Source: Callorhinchus milii (lineage: Eukaryota). Taken from it: a stretch of 64,000 nt of DNA. The DNA lies in contig NW_024704743.1 of the NCBI RefSeq assembly GCF_018977255.1, positions 3,100,001-3,164,000 of the forward strand, written 5' to 3'. Made by a program: the position numbers and the translations under genes. Position 1 is the first letter of the stretch. Each line of letters starts with the position of its first letter. Below, in pieces: positions 22,871-36,399 of the stretch. The notes beneath the pieces were generated by a model. That model did not search any database. It was given only the letters and a program-made list of their open reading frames with translations, and had not been told where the DNA came from.

Positions 22871-25821
22871 TCACTGCCTACAACAGGGTTTTCTCTGTGA
22901 CGGTCACTTCCAAGGGTGTAACACTGTAAACATAACCTGCTGGCCTGGTCTGCTGTGCTCTGGCATTTTTCCCAAAGGAGCAAGTGACCCGGTGGTGATG
23001 AGTCCCTTTGACTTCTCGCTCTCTTGCAGTGGAGCCTGAAAGTGAGACCATACGATCTAGTGAGCGTTGGAAAAGTGTGCGCGTGGTTTCTGAGCGATGC
23101 TGAGCTATGCTGATCTAATCAATAAAAAGAGCAAGTTATTGAGTGAAATCTTTATTATGTATCTAGAAACCAGAATGAAGAGTCTCAGCGCCATGTGAAA
23201 AGAGGAGAGATGTGAGATTTTCCATGAATTAGCATTAGCTAAGGCCAAGCTTGGAGTTTAAAAGCCTGTAGAGTATAAGAGGAAAGGAAGACTGAGGGAG
23301 GAGAGGAGCTCATGCCTTGATCCTGAACAAAAGAAGAGGTTTCAGTGTTAACCCAGAAGAGCGTATGGAAAGAGAAGACTAAAAGGACAGTTCAGAGAAA
23401 CTAAACCAAAGTCTTGTGGATAAACCAAAAAGGCAGGAAGTGTTGGGATGGAATCAGAGGATGGAATGGAATCAGAGGTCAGGGAGACATCACCTGTGAG
23501 AGGAGCTGGGAGAACCACCTGAGGTATGAGAACAACTTTCAATTCTTGGGTAGATTTGGGATTTTTTGCCATGGTGTGAGAGGGCCTGGCTCCCTATTGG
23601 AATGATTGTGTTTGGCTGGTGCTGGACTTGAGAATGGTGGGATTGTTTCCAAATGAGAAGCAGGTTTTGTGTGAAAACCAGAAGTCTCCTCTGCTGGTGA
23701 CAGAGAAAGTTACTGTGCTAATACTTACCAAACATTCTCACTCACTCACTCTTGACTCATTGCGAGAAATTCTTATTTAATACGAACTTGAACCTTACCA
23801 CTGTAGGTCTAGAACAAGGAAAGGCACCAACCCCACTCCTCCACTGGCGTAACGGAAACCCCATCACTTACAGTACGGTGTAAAACTGGTCACTCACTCA
23901 ATGGCTCTGCACAAATTGGCTGCCGTGTTTCTCCCACAAAATAGGCGCAGACACAAGCTCTTTACAGTATACCCTGTGAAATGCTTCGATAAGTCTCGGT
24001 GACATGGTAAGGCGTGATAGCAAATTAAAGGATTATTATTACTAAGTTTCAGTATTGCCCGACTCGTCAGGGGTCACTGATGCATCTACACCTCCAGGTT
24101 TTGTTGAGCCAAGTTGGATTCTCCTCAGCACTTGTCTGTCTCCTGATCCTCGGGAGATGATGCTTATCTGACAATGTTCTCCACGGCCCTGGTGGAGAGA
24201 TATTTTAGACATAAGCATTTTATTGGGTACAAAAAAGGTGATGGACCAAGTGGATCCACAGGATTCAAACCCAGTACATTCTGGTCGGGTGCAGTAGTCT
24301 TGCCTCACAGGTTTGGCTTTTGAGTTGAAATTAAAATCACTACAGCATTGGTCTCCTTTATTAAAGCTCTTTTCTCCTCTCAATGTCGCCCTGGAAACTA
24401 TTCCAGCACAAGTCTTTGACAAAGCTGAGGCACAAAGCTCTAACGGGTAGGATGGTTCTAGCTGGACAACCAGTGGGAAAGCTTGCCAGACTGTGATATC
24501 AATGGCAAGCTGTGTGGTTTTAGCTGGTTAGACTCCGGCAGTTACCCCAACATACGCTCTGGGGTCCCAAAGTCTTGGCCCTTGCCAACCTGCCCCCTAA
24601 TACTTTCTGGAATTAGGTAAGCAGGATGCATCCCTTCAGGGAGAGAGTGCGCCTTCCACTCCAATAATCAATCTCTGGAATTTCCATGTGGAGGTGGGAT
24701 GTACGGAAATCTCATCTTGGTTTGAATACTCTTAAGCATGGTGATGGGTTTCCGCATGCGTCAGACACCCGGCTGACCAAAAAAAAGGATATTTACTTCA
24801 TGGCTGTGTGTGGCACCTTGCTATATGTAAATTGGCAAGTACACTGTCACTAAACTTAACAGCAATGAGCTGTGAAGTGTTTCAAAATATTTCAACGTTC
24901 TAGGTGCTGTAGCAAGTGCAAGGGTTATTATAAACTTCCCTTTAAACTACAGTCGATCAACAGCCATTTGTGGCAAAGCATTCCACGTGTTACTAACACT
25001 GTGTGAAAAATTTCTTCTAGTCTCTAGCTGTAGTCCTGTAGCTTAATGGTTAGAGCACTAGCCTAGCAAGAGGACCTGGGTTTTTATTCCAGGGCAGGGT
25101 GAAACATTGGGCAAGTTTCCTTACTCCACATGACTCTGTTTACCTAGCAGTCAGTTGGAACCTGGTTGTTAGTCGATTGACGGATTGCTTTTCTGGGGAT
25201 AATAATCCCTTCAAGTAATAAAGAATTTTAATAATAATTATTTTCTCACTCATTCCGTGACTATTTGCGGGACACTGCTATGCGCAATTGGCTGCTGCGT
25301 TTCGCCCACAAAATATGCAATCAATTCACTTTACAGTATATTCTAGTGAAGCGCTTTGATTTGTCTCGAAGACGTGATAAGCCGATATATCAAATTCAAG
25401 GATTATATTATTGCCCTCTGCCCAGCTCTCCCAGTCTCCATTCCATCCTAAACCCACCTCACTCAAATCAATGTTCCCTGCTTATACTTTGCGAGGGTTG
25501 AGTTTTTATTTATTGAACAAATGTCAATCACCTCAGAAACCTCGGCCTATAAAACACTTATGGATTCGGATTAAAAAAATGTAGTGAGAGGGGTCGGGGC
25601 CATTCGGGGTTTGGGGCAGTGGGGGGTTGGCGAGAACACGAGAGATCAGGAGCCTCGGGCTAAGAGACTACTCGCTCCTGCACCTCTCTCCATTCTCAAA
25701 GTTTGAACACTAACAAGGAAACAAAGGCTAAACAGAGGATGAAAGTGAGAATTGGCCATCTGTCCCTGCCTCCAGCCACCCCACCTCCGCTCAGTCCTCC
25801 TGCCCTGGCCTGGCAGCTAGT

Positions 25822-26198
25822 TTATATCGGGCTTATTCTCTGGCAGGATCTGGCTTTACGCAATGGGAAAAGCCACTGCTCAATGACTGGACGCTTGCTC
25901 GGCAGCTGGGAGTCCCTGGGTGCGGCCGAGACTATGTATCTCCGAGCCGGGTCCCGGGGAGGTCTGGAGGTTGAAGGGGGTCTCGGCTTGTGGGTGAAGA
26001 GCTTGCTGGAATCCTTGGACTCTCTGTCTGCATCTTTGATGGGTCTGTCGAGTGCTTGTGGAGACTGACACCATACTGAGTCCAGGTCGAGGCCAGCCCA
26101 CTCCAGAGACTCCAGTTTGTGCATCGGTCCATTTGTCTTCAAATTATAGACAGCAACTCCCTTCGCCTTTGAGTTTCTGTTCCCTGATGCTTTTTCTC
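25822..26198 (-). CDS. TSSK5: TSSK5-like exon 8 (low-complexity C-terminal tail to stop)
   Basis: Acceptor ttctatcttcag|GA is in frame with ORF 25822..26142; minus-strand AATAAA near 25505. Confidence 0.7.
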
Positions 26199-29100
26199 CT
26201 GAAGATAGAAAACTATAGTTTTAAAGTGCTGGTGCTAGCAACCTAACATAATAACATACGATATGCGAGACAAAAAAAACAAGTATTTTCCGTGCTCTCT
26301 CTCCCCATCATGTCTGTGCTGGTGCTCGCTCCCCCACTGGAGCTCTCTACTCTAACCCCATTCCCTGCTCTCTCTCCCCATCGTGTCTGTGCTGATGCTC
26401 GCTCCTCCCATCTACTCTTAAGACCATTCCTCATATCTTTTAAAAATATTATGCTTCCAAAGTTTATCAAAGATAATTGTAAATGTTATGTCAGACTCTG
26501 CTTCAGTCACCACACGTTCCTCATCTTCAAATTCTTTGTTTCAAAACATGTTAACCTGTTCCTTTACACTTCTAATAATAGAAGTCCTGTAGTTTAATGG
26601 TTAGAGCACTTGCCTCGCAAGCGAGAGGACTTGGATTCGATTCCCGGGCAGGAGATTCCCGGAAAAGGTGCCAGACAGCAATATCAATGGCAAGCTATCC
26701 GGTTTTAGCTGGTTAGACTCCAGCAGTTACCCCCAACGCACACTTTGGGGTCCTCAAGCCTTGGCACTTGCCAACTTGTGCCTAATACTTTCCAGAATTA
26801 GGTAAGCAGGTTGCGTCTCTCCAGGGAGAGAGTACGCATACCATTCCAGCAATCTTTCTCTAAGATTTCCATTTCTAGGTGGGATGCATGGAAATCTCAG
26901 CTTGGATTGGATATGCTTAAGCATGGGGGTTTTCACAGGTGTTAGACCCCCGGCTGCGCACAAAAAAATGTCCTATAGACCCCAACTTCAGGATAGATTG
27001 AGATATTGGAAACGTCATTCGTCCTTCCCTACTTCTGTCCAGTAACAGTGTCTGGTTAGGCATGGGTCACGACACATACCTTTGCTGCTATTCCCTCGGT
27101 GTTGACTCCTGTCCGTGGAATCTGTGAGGATGTCTCTGACTCTCTGGAAGATGAAAGAGATGGCGGGGAGCATCCAGGGGTGGGCAAGGATCTGCGTCAG
27201 TTCTGGCCGTGCCGACGGGCACCACTGAAGGAGCTGGCTGATCAGATCCTGACATTCTGCAGTGAAGGAAACCCGGCACAGAACTGTTACCAGCATCGGC
27301 CGACAAATACAGTCACCATACATAATAATACTGTAATAATAATCCTTGCATTCGAGATAACCCCTATATAGTTGCACAGAGCAGTGTCCCACGACTGTTT
27401 ATGGGACATTGCTGTTTGCAATTAGCTGCCGCGTTTCACTGAAAAATACACGGTCAATCCATTTTACAGCATATCCTGTGGTGGGCTTTGAGACGTACCT
27501 AAGACGTGATGAGGCGCTATATCAAATACAAGGATTATTATTATGACTCTTATTCGTCTATCTTCCAGCTGAGTGTTTTACCTGGTGACAATTGCTGGTG
27601 GAACTTGATGCCTCGCTTTATGAGCTGCAGCATTTTCTGAGGTTGACATTCATTGAAGGGGAGCTTCCCGGTTACCATGGCATAGAGGATCACTCCCCTA
27701 GGAAAGAGCAATGTGTACGAACTGAGTGAGCAGAGCCTGAGACAACCCGAGCCCAAACCTGTCCACCCCAAGCAGCAGGGGAGGGACTACTGTAACTAAT
27801 TATACACCAAGAGAGGTTTATTATGCGCCACGTGTAAACTATGTGTAAAAACAGATCTATTATTCTGTTTCTTAATAATAATAATCCTTGCATTTGATGT
27901 AGCGCCTTATCACGTCGTTGAGACGTCTTCAAACTCTTCACAGAATATACTGTAAAGTGAGTTGACTATATTTTGTGGACGAAACGCCACAAAAATTCTC
28001 CTCATTTCCCTTCTGGTTCTTTTGCCAATTTATCTTGAATCCATGTCCCCAGGTGACATGTCCCTGATGCCCTCACTGTATCACAGTGCTTACATGCTCC
28101 AGATGTCTGCACGCTCCCCTTTGTAGCTCTGCTCAAGGAGAATCTCTGGTGCGGTGTAGGGGACTGAGCCACAGAAAGTGCTCATCAGACCTCTCTTGGT
28201 ACACCTGCCGGCCAAGCCGAAATCTGCAGGACAGCAAATGTTAGTTAGGATAATTGCAGAAGTGACAACAACGACAACAACAAAATTACATTTATAGAGC
28301 ACCTTTCACGTCGAGAGGATGTCCCAAAGCGCTGACCAGTTACCCAGCTGCGCACTCACACACACAGCTCACAGCTAGGAGGGAATGAATAATAATAATA
28401 ATAATACTTGCATTTGATGTAGCACCTTATCACGTCTTCGAGACATTTCAAAGCGCTTCACAGCATTTACTGTAAAGTGGGTTGACGATATTTTGTGGGC
28501 AAAACGCGGCAGCCAATTGCACACAGGAGTGTTCTACAAACAGTCGGGGATCGAGTGACCAAATTATTATTTTTGAAGAGATTATTAACCCCGGAAAAGC
28601 GATCCGCCAATCAATTAACAACCGGGTTCCTACTTACTGTTAGATAAACAGGCGTGTGGAGTAAGGAACTTGCCTAACGTTTCACCTTGCTCGGGAATCG
28701 AACCTAGGTCCACTCGCTTGCAGAAACCATGAGGGAAGTGTGTGTACTCCCAGTTGTCAGTTGGCCCAACGCATTGGTGGGGAGGTGCCGTCTTTTGAAT
28801 GAAACATTAAACCGAGGAGGTCCTGTCTGCCCGTTCAGTTGGATGTTAAAGATCCTGCGGCTATTGGAAAAGAGAAGGGGGTTTCTCTCTTCCAGTGTCC
28901 GGGCCAACAATCCCCGAAATAAAACTGGTCACTAACTTCATGGTTGTTTGTGGGATATTGCTGTGTGAAAATTGACTGCAATTTTCATCTACAAAATACC
29001 GCAGTCACTACACTTTACAGTATATCCCGTGAAGTGCTTTGAGATATTCTCCGGACTTGAAAGGCAGCTGCATCAAATGTTATCTGCATCTATTTTCAAC

Positions 29101-32100
29101 GTGTAATGCCAGCTCCTTCCAGTGGTGATAAAGGTATATTGCACAGTGGAACTGGGACATTGAAATAATAAGAATAATAATCCTTGCAATTGCTATAGCG
29201 CCTTATTACATTGTTGAAACTTCTCAAAGTGCTTCACAGAATATAGTGTAAAGTGAATTGATTGTATATTTTGTGGGCGAATCGCTACAGCTAATTGTGC
29301 AAAGCAGTCTCCCGCAACGTGATTGAGTGGCCAAATCATTATTATTTTAAATTTATTTTTTTGAAGGGGTCATTACCCCTGGAAAAACGATCCGCCAGTC
29401 GACTAACAACTGGGTTCCTAGGTAAACACAGGCATGTGGAGTAAAGAAACTTGCCCAACGTTTCGCCCTGCCGGGAATCAAACCCAGGTCCTCTTGCTTG
29501 TGAGGCGAGCGCTCTAACCACTGAGCTACAAGTCTCCGTCATGTCTTTATCATGAATTGCTTTTCCCCCACCCTCTTCCCCAGCAGCGTGCTAACCCCAC
29601 TGGGAGTGTGGCGAATCTTCCCCAGTTTTTATTCTGAAAAATTATCCTCTCTCACCTGTCAGCTTTATGGCTCCTTGTTCATCCAGTAAAATATTTTCAC
29701 ACTTCAGGTCTCTGTGTAAAGACAAATTATTACCAGTATCAATCACTCACCTTAATATCTGTGTCACTGTGTGACCAGGATAGGAAGGTCTGTGACAGCA
29801 TTCCAGGCCTAGCCATGGTATAAAGCTCCCTCTACACTGTGTGTCCACACTCCCAGGTCAGGGTTAGAGACACAGTAAAGCTGCCTCTACGCTGTCCATC
29901 CACACTCCCAGGTCAGCTACACATGTAATACACAATCAATACACTTGACAGCAATTCTCAGTTAAGCACTTTGACGTGTTAAGCGCAGTACCGAATGCAA
30001 GGTGGGTTATTAAAACAACAAGTTGCATTTATATAGAGCCCCTCGCGTAGGTTAACGTCCCAGAGTGCTTAAAACTTGGGACCGGGCAACAGGTGAATTT
30101 GGTCCTTTGTCCCATTTGATTTCCCTGCCAATAACTCCCCTCCCAATACAACATTCAGCTATTTCTTACATGAGTCCCAGTCTCCTGGCCACAACCACCT
30201 TTCCTGGTTTCCCCCCTTCTAGCTTTTATTAAAAAAAACCTTCCTGGCGTCATGACTTCAATCTTCCCCTCACACGTGTGACCCTTCAGCCAGGCTCCTC
30301 ATTGCGCGGATGCTTTGCTCTGGCCCCTGGTACCTGTGGACGATGTGATTGGTGTGACAGTGTGCCACGCCGCTGACCAGCTGGTGGAAGAGGTGCTGAG
30401 CCTCCTCCTCCCTCAGCCCCAGGTCCCGCTTGTTGGTGGCGATCCTGTTAATGTGGTCCAACAAGTCTCCTTTACATGCCAGCTCCAACACCAGGAACAG
30501 CTGGCTCGGGGAGCGAAAGGTCTCATACAGCTGGATCTGGGAAGGGTGAGAGGAACGAGAGGGACGTTTCAAATTAGTACACAGGAAGGAAAGAACAGGA
30601 AATGGAAAAACATAAACTAAACTTCTACAGCACCTTGCTTGTCGGGAGGACTTCTCAAGACGCTGGACAGTCAGGGATTTGGACCCGAACGGGCACGGAG
30701 GGATTTGAAGACGAGTGAGCGGATCTTGAAATCGATCCTGTACGGCCAGCGCTGCCTTTGCCCACCTGCCTATCACGAGGGGTTGTGACAATGAAGAGTT
30801 AAATGAGAAGCCATGGAGGCACTGAGCGTCTAGGATATGGGGGCTTTTCAAGGTCCAGTGAAACAAGCATCTATATCTGTGCCAATGACTGGCCATTCTG
30901 CACCCAACCTTTGGAACTTCATCCCGCAGTCCCTCCGTCTCGCCCCCTCCTTCGCCACCTTCAAGACCCACCTCAAGACCCTACTCTTCAACTGTGCTTT
31001 CGATCTCTCTGCTTCCCGCCCACCCTCCCCCACCCCGACCCTCAGCTTGGGTCCGTAACTCTGTCTGCCCAGCGCCTTGGGACGTCCTCCCAACGTGAAA
31101 GGCGCTATACAAATGTGTTGTTGTTGCTGTTGAGGGTCATAATTCCTGTGTCTGAAGCAGGTGCCCCACTGTATGTTACTGAGTGGCTGAAAAACTCAGC
31201 ACTTTTCCTTTTGTGGGACGCTGCTGTACCAATTGGCTGCCATGTTTCGCCCACAACAATACACAGTCAGTCCACTTTACAGTATATCCTGTGAAGCACT
31301 TTGAGACGTCTCGAAGACCAGATAAGGCGCTATATCAAATACAAGGAATATTATTATTATAATTCCTTCAAAAAATAATAATAATAATTTGTTCACTCAA
31401 TCCACGACTGTTTGTGGGCCCCAGCTGTGCGCAATTGGCTGCCGGGTTTCACTCACAAAATATAGTCAATTCACTTTACACTATATTCTGTGAAGCGCTT
31501 TGAGACGTCTCGAAGATATGATAAAGTGCTATATCAAATGTGAGGATCATTATTATTGTTGTGGTTGAGAAGGAGAAATTTAGTGGGAAACATTTCAGGT
31601 GTGAAAAGTAAGTCCTGAAAGTCCTACCACGTTGGGGTGCTTGTAGGTAGCATGTAAGGCATTGATCTCTCTGCTCAGGAACCTGCGGGACTGTTGGTAG
31701 GGATTCTGAGAGATATTCACAATTTTGATAGCGACCTAAGGAGAGGAGAAAGAACGAGAGAAAGGACTTTTTTTAATCAAACCTTCCTGACTTTTTCCAT
31801 CAGGTTCAAATTCAAATTGAATGCTCAATTTTTATTTGTTTGAGGCATCAAAGTGTAGCAACTAATCATTTCGCCCACAAAATACACAGTCAATTCACTT
31901 TACAGTTTGAAGCGCTTTTAGACATCTCAAAGACGTGATAAGACGCTATATCAACTGCAAGGATTATTATTATTATCAGGTACACTGATTGTTTTTGCAG
32001 CCATTTTACGCACAGCAAGTTTGGAAGATTAATTAACCAGGACACCGGAAGAAACTAACTAACTTCATGGGATCTTTAACATCTACAAGCCTTAGATAAG

Positions 32101-32939
32101 GTCTTAGTTTTAGTTTTAATGCCTCACCTGAAAGACGCCAACTCTGACAATACATTGGAAGATCCCCCAATACTGCGCTGGAGTATCAGCCTGGACGGTG
32201 AGCTCAACTTGTGATTGAACCCACACACCCGATAACTGACTATCGTGGTTTTCAGTCACTGGGGGCAGGCACTCAGCTCCTGTTAACTCTACAAGCCAAA
32301 GCCCCAACGGGTAGGGTGGTCCAAGCTTGCCAGACAGTGCTCTAAATGGTAAGCTGTGTGGTTTTAGCTGTTTAGACTCCAGCAGTCACCCCAAACCTTG
32401 GCTCTTGCCAACCTGCGCCTAATACTCTCCGGAATTAGGTAAGCAGGATGCGTCCCTCCAGGGAGAGAGAAATCTCTGGGATTTCCATGTGTAGGTGGGA
32501 TGCATGGAATTCTCGCTTTGGTTTGGAGACTCTTAAGCAGGGTGATGGGTTTCCACACGTGTCAGACACCGGCTGAGCAAAAACAAACTAAGCCATTGCG
32601 TACTGGACAGCCAGTGGACAAATGGCAGCAGGTTATGAATAATCTTACCACCTGCCCACATCAGAGCCAAAAGTTTGAGGTTTGGTGAGAGATCCGGCGG
32701 TGGAAGCCTATTGCCGGCTCCTGAACACTCACCATCTTGTTCCTCTTGGTCTGGAGGCCAGAAGCCAGGCGGAAGTTACGCTTCATTACTTCCTGGGTCG
32801 GGAGGCCCAGGTAAACGCTGGAAAAGCCTCCCGTCCCGATCCTCTTGGAGGTCAGCAGGTATCCGTGCACCTCGCACTCCTTCACCTCGTCCACGGTGAT
32901 CCTGTCTGTCTCCGAGGGCCTAGCTCTCGTGTCCGTCAT
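25822..32939 (-). CDS. TSSK5: Testis-specific serine/threonine kinase 5-like; complement(join(25822..26198,27080..27256,27582..27697,28094..28223,29656..29711,30334..30536,31628..31735,32733..32939)), about 457 aa
   Basis: Intact kinase motifs IGTGGFSSV, VAIK, HRDLKCENILL (TSSK-type), DFG, STFCGSVPYTAPE and DIWSMGVILYAMVTGKLPF. Multi-exon and next to HGH1, like mammalian Tssk5/TSSK5P. All phases are consistent. Confidence 0.9.
27080..27256 (-). CDS. TSSK5: TSSK5-like exon 7 (CQDLISQLLQWCPSARP...HPWM...)
   Basis: 177 nt; end of kinase domain. Confidence 0.88.
27582..27697 (-). CDS. TSSK5: TSSK5-like exon 6 (GVILYAMVTGKLPF...QLSP)
   Basis: 116 nt. Confidence 0.9.
28094..28223 (-). CDS. TSSK5: TSSK5-like exon 5 (DFGLAGRC...TFCGSVPYTAPE...DIWS)
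   Basis: 130 nt; activation segment. Confidence 0.9.
29656..29711 (-). CDS. TSSK5: TSSK5-like exon 4 (DLKCENILLDEQGAIKLT)
   Basis: 56 nt; catalytic loop. Confidence 0.9.
30334..30536 (-). CDS. TSSK5: TSSK5-like exon 3 (IQLYETF...HCHTNHIVH)
   Basis: 203 nt within ORF 30270..30971. Confidence 0.9.
31628..31735 (-). CDS. TSSK5: TSSK5-like exon 2 (VAIKIVN...REINALHATYKHPNV)
   Basis: 108 nt; translated by hand. Confidence 0.9.
32733..32939 (-). CDS. TSSK5: TSSK5-like exon 1 (MTDTRARP...GYLLTSKRIGTGGFSSVY...KRNKM)
   Basis: 207 nt; donor gtgagt. Confidence 0.88.
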
Positions 32940-33554
32940 TGCCAGCGGACATTCAGAGCAGCCACAACAAGAAAGGGGGAGAGAGAGAGAGAGAGAGAGA
33001 GAAAAACTCAACTGAACCCTGGCTGGCTCTTCATTTCTAAGAAATAGTTGTATTGAAATGCCATCATGACTGGGGGGGGGTGGGGGGAGTTATCTTGCTC
33101 TCTCAGTCCAGGACACGATGGTGTTCGGCTCACGTCTTGTGTGCGTGTGTGTGGTTTTTTTTTTGTCCCGAGACCTGAGCTGTGAGTTATCTCTGAGACC
33201 CGTAGAGAGCTTCTGCTGCAGAACCTGAGGGCGTCTGAGGTTCCACATTCCAGTCACGTTCTGTGATCTCACAGGGCTCCCTCGGCTCAGTCACACTCAG
33301 TCCGGCCTCAGAGGGGGCCACGGGGTAAGAAACCTTAGCAGTAGGAGGAGGCCATTCAGCCCCTCGAGCCTGTCCTGCCATTCTATAAGATCACGGCTGA
33401 TCTGTACCTCAACTCCAATCGCCCGCCCTTGCCCCGTGTCCCTTGATACCCCGACCTAACACATATCTCTCCACCTCAGTCTTGACAATGCGAATGGACC
33501 CGGCCCGCTTCAGAACGCATGAGTTGTGATCCTCAGGTAGTGATCGGCACAGAG

Positions 33555-34195
33555 ACGGAGGCTTGTTTCGCAACTCACTGGACCTTGAAAAGCCCCCATA
33601 TCGTCGATGCTGACGTGGCTGGTCATTTGACTCTTCATTGTCGCAAACGGGGTCTCCTTGGAGCTGAAGAGGCTCCAAGGTGACATCCTTGGCATTGGAA
33701 TATCGGAATCGAGCCACCCCTCTGTGACGGTCTCTGATCCGGGTCCTGAGACAGGCGAGTCCGTAGTATTCCAATTCACTGCTGATGGCAACACAGGTCA
33801 GGTTGGCTCATCTGTAGGACCTGGAAGGGCAAACCCCTTGGTGGCAGGGAGTCATCCCACTCAATTCCTGTTAACCCTGCAAGCCAAGGCCCTAACGGGT
33901 ATGATGGTCTTAGCTGGACAAGCAGTGGGAAAGCTTGCCGGACAGCGTTATCAATAGCAATCCATGTGGTTTTAGCTGGTTAGACACCATTAGTACACCA
34001 CTGCACACTCTGGGGTCCCTAAGCCTTGGCTCTTGCCAACCTGCGCGTAATACTCCTCGGAATTTGAGAAGCAGGATGCATCCCTCCAGGGAGAGCGTTC
34101 ATGTTCCATTCCAACAATCTATCTCTGGATTTCCAATTGGGTTTAGGTGGGCTGCATGGAAATCTCAGTTTGGTTTGGATACTCTTAAGCAGGTC
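33555..34195 (+). mobile_element. Unclassified non-coding, A-tailed, 5'-truncated retroposon. Other copies: 490-900, 6720-7160(-), 12465-13060(-), 21415-21510(-), 24430-24787, 26660-26968, 30760-30870(-), 32260-32588, 35450-35580, 40600-41060(-), 42780-43150(-), 46440-46620, 63150-63395
   Basis: Shared blocks GTTAACCCTGCAAGCC, GGTTTTAGCTGGTTAGACTCC, GGAATTAGGTAAGCAGG; common 3' end GGGTTTCC..GTCAGACACCCGGCTG plus A-rich tail; variable 5' ends. Confidence 0.75.
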
Positions 34196-36207
34196 CGTTG
34201 CTCAGGGGAGAGAGGATTCCATTCCAGACACAAGGAAATTTAATAATAATACCTGCATTTGATATTGCGCCTTATCATGTCGTTGAGACGTTTCAAAGCG
34301 ATTCACAGGATATACTGCAAAGTGGATTGACAATGGTCGAAACAAGGCAGCCAGTTGCCCACAGCAGTGTCCCACAAACATTCATGGAGTGAGTGACCAG
34401 GATTGTTGGCCAGGACAAGGGGAGAGTGAAACTCTCTTCTCTTTTCGAATAATGCCATGGGATCTTTAATATCCACTTCATCAGGTACTCGGGACCTCGG
34501 TTGAACATCTCATCTGAAGTGGTATCTCAAGCACTCCGGGACGCTACCCCGTGTGAAGGGCGCTATGCACATGCAAGTCGTTGTTCTTGTTGACGATGCA
34601 GAACACCCCTAGCATTGTATTGGAGCGTCAGCTTACACTGTTTGATTCCAAGTCCCGACGTGGAGCTTGAACCCACAACCTTCTGACTCAGATGCGAGAG
34701 TGCTACTGTCAGAGACACCCAAAACCACTTAGCAATGAAAGAGCTAACTAATTAAACCAATCACTCACTTTGAGAAAAAAACATTTCAACAAGATTACAA
34801 CAACTTGATATGTTTTAGTGAACAATAAAGAAATGAGATAGCAACGGTAAATAACTGATTATACAACAATACTAACTAACCCCATAAACATGTGGTGTTG
34901 ACACCAAACAATAAATCACAATGATCACATGAGTATTGGAGAAAAACATTGGTGATCATGTTAAATCTAATCTAAAAAAAACACGAGACCTGTGACTCAA
35001 TGATGATACATGGAAAAAAGATAATAAAGACCAACGATTGGAAGTAGTGGGGGCAGACTTAGGAGGAATGGTCCCGAGGTATGTTTACCTCTGTTTGCCT
35101 AACAGTAAGTAGGATCCTGGTTGTTAGTTGATAATAATAATAATAATCCTTGCATTTGATATAGCGCTTTTCACGTCTTCTCGACGTCTCAAAGCGCTTC
35201 ACAGAATATGCTGTAACATGAACTGACTGCATATTTGTGGGCGAAACGTGGCAGCCAATTGCGCAAAGCAGCGTCCCACAAACAATCGTGGATTGAAAAT
35301 GACCGATTTATTATTGTTTTGTTTTGGAGGGATTATTAATGGGTGTGTGGAGTAAGGAAACTTGCCCAAGGTTTCACCCTCTGCCTGGAATTGAACCCAG
35401 TGTCTCGCTTGCAAGGTGAGTGCTCTAACCACTGAGCTACAGGACTGATGCACCAGGCTGACACGGGGAAATTTCCACTTGTAGGTGGCATAAATATGTT
35501 TAACTCTCCGGTCTGGTTTGAATATTCTTAAGCGTGGTGATGGGTTTCCGCATGTGCCAGACCCCAGGCTGACAAACAAGAATCAGACCGACTGGTTAAT
35601 GACAGGGAAATGAAACACAGGGACTCTAGTGGAGTTTTCATCATTGAATATTACAGCACAGAAGGAGGCCATTTGGCCCATCGTGCCTGTGCCGGCTCTT
35701 TGAGAGAGCTACCAACTAGTCCCACTCACCAACTAGAGCTACCAACTAGTCCCACTGAGATAGAGTGAATCTATCTCACTCCATAGATTTGCAATTTTTT
35801 TTCCTTTTTAAGTCCCTATCCAATTCCTTTTTGAAAGCTATTATCGAATCTGCTTCCACCACCCTTTTAGGTTGTGCATTCCAGACCGTAACAACTCTTT
35901 TGCCAATTATCTAAAATCTGTGAGCTCTGGTTACCGATCCACCCACCAGAGGAAACAGCTTCTCCTTATTTAATCTATCAAAAACCGCTCATAATTTCAA
36001 GCACCTTTATTAAATCTCCCCTCAACCTTCTCTGCTCTAAGGAGAATAATCGCGGCCTCTCTAGTCTCACCACATAACTCAGCTCCCTCATCTCTGGTAT
36101 CATTCTTTTTATCTATTAAAGTGGTACTGCCACTAATGGTGAAATATCTGAAAGTGCTTTGCAGGAATTGCTTTTGTTGGCAAATGCAGAGGCAATGTTT
36201 CACACAC

Positions 36208-36232
36208 NNNNNNNNNNNNNNNNNNNNNNNNN
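36208..36232. other. Assembly gap (25 N) downstream of DGAT1 exon 3
   Basis: N-run. Confidence 0.99.
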
Positions 36233-36399
36233 GATCGGGTCCTGAGACAGGCGAGTCCGTAGTATTCCAATTCACTGCTGATGGCAACACAGGTCAGGTT
36301 GGCTCATCTGTAGGAATTATTATTAATACAGAACAGTACGTTTTACTAAATAGCAGTTATTGTGGAGGAGTTGAATGATTTAGTAAAAGCTGCACTTAC

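Noticed and set aside
22995-23113. C/D-box snoRNA (GTGATGA...CTGA)
   Set aside because: No clear terminal stem or recognisable rRNA guide, and not in a known intron. Better explained as 3' UTR or splice acceptor.
33555-34195. Hammerhead ribozyme or retrozyme in the unclassified retroposon
   Set aside because: I found no conserved CTGATGA...GAAA core across copies by eye; an Rfam search would be needed.
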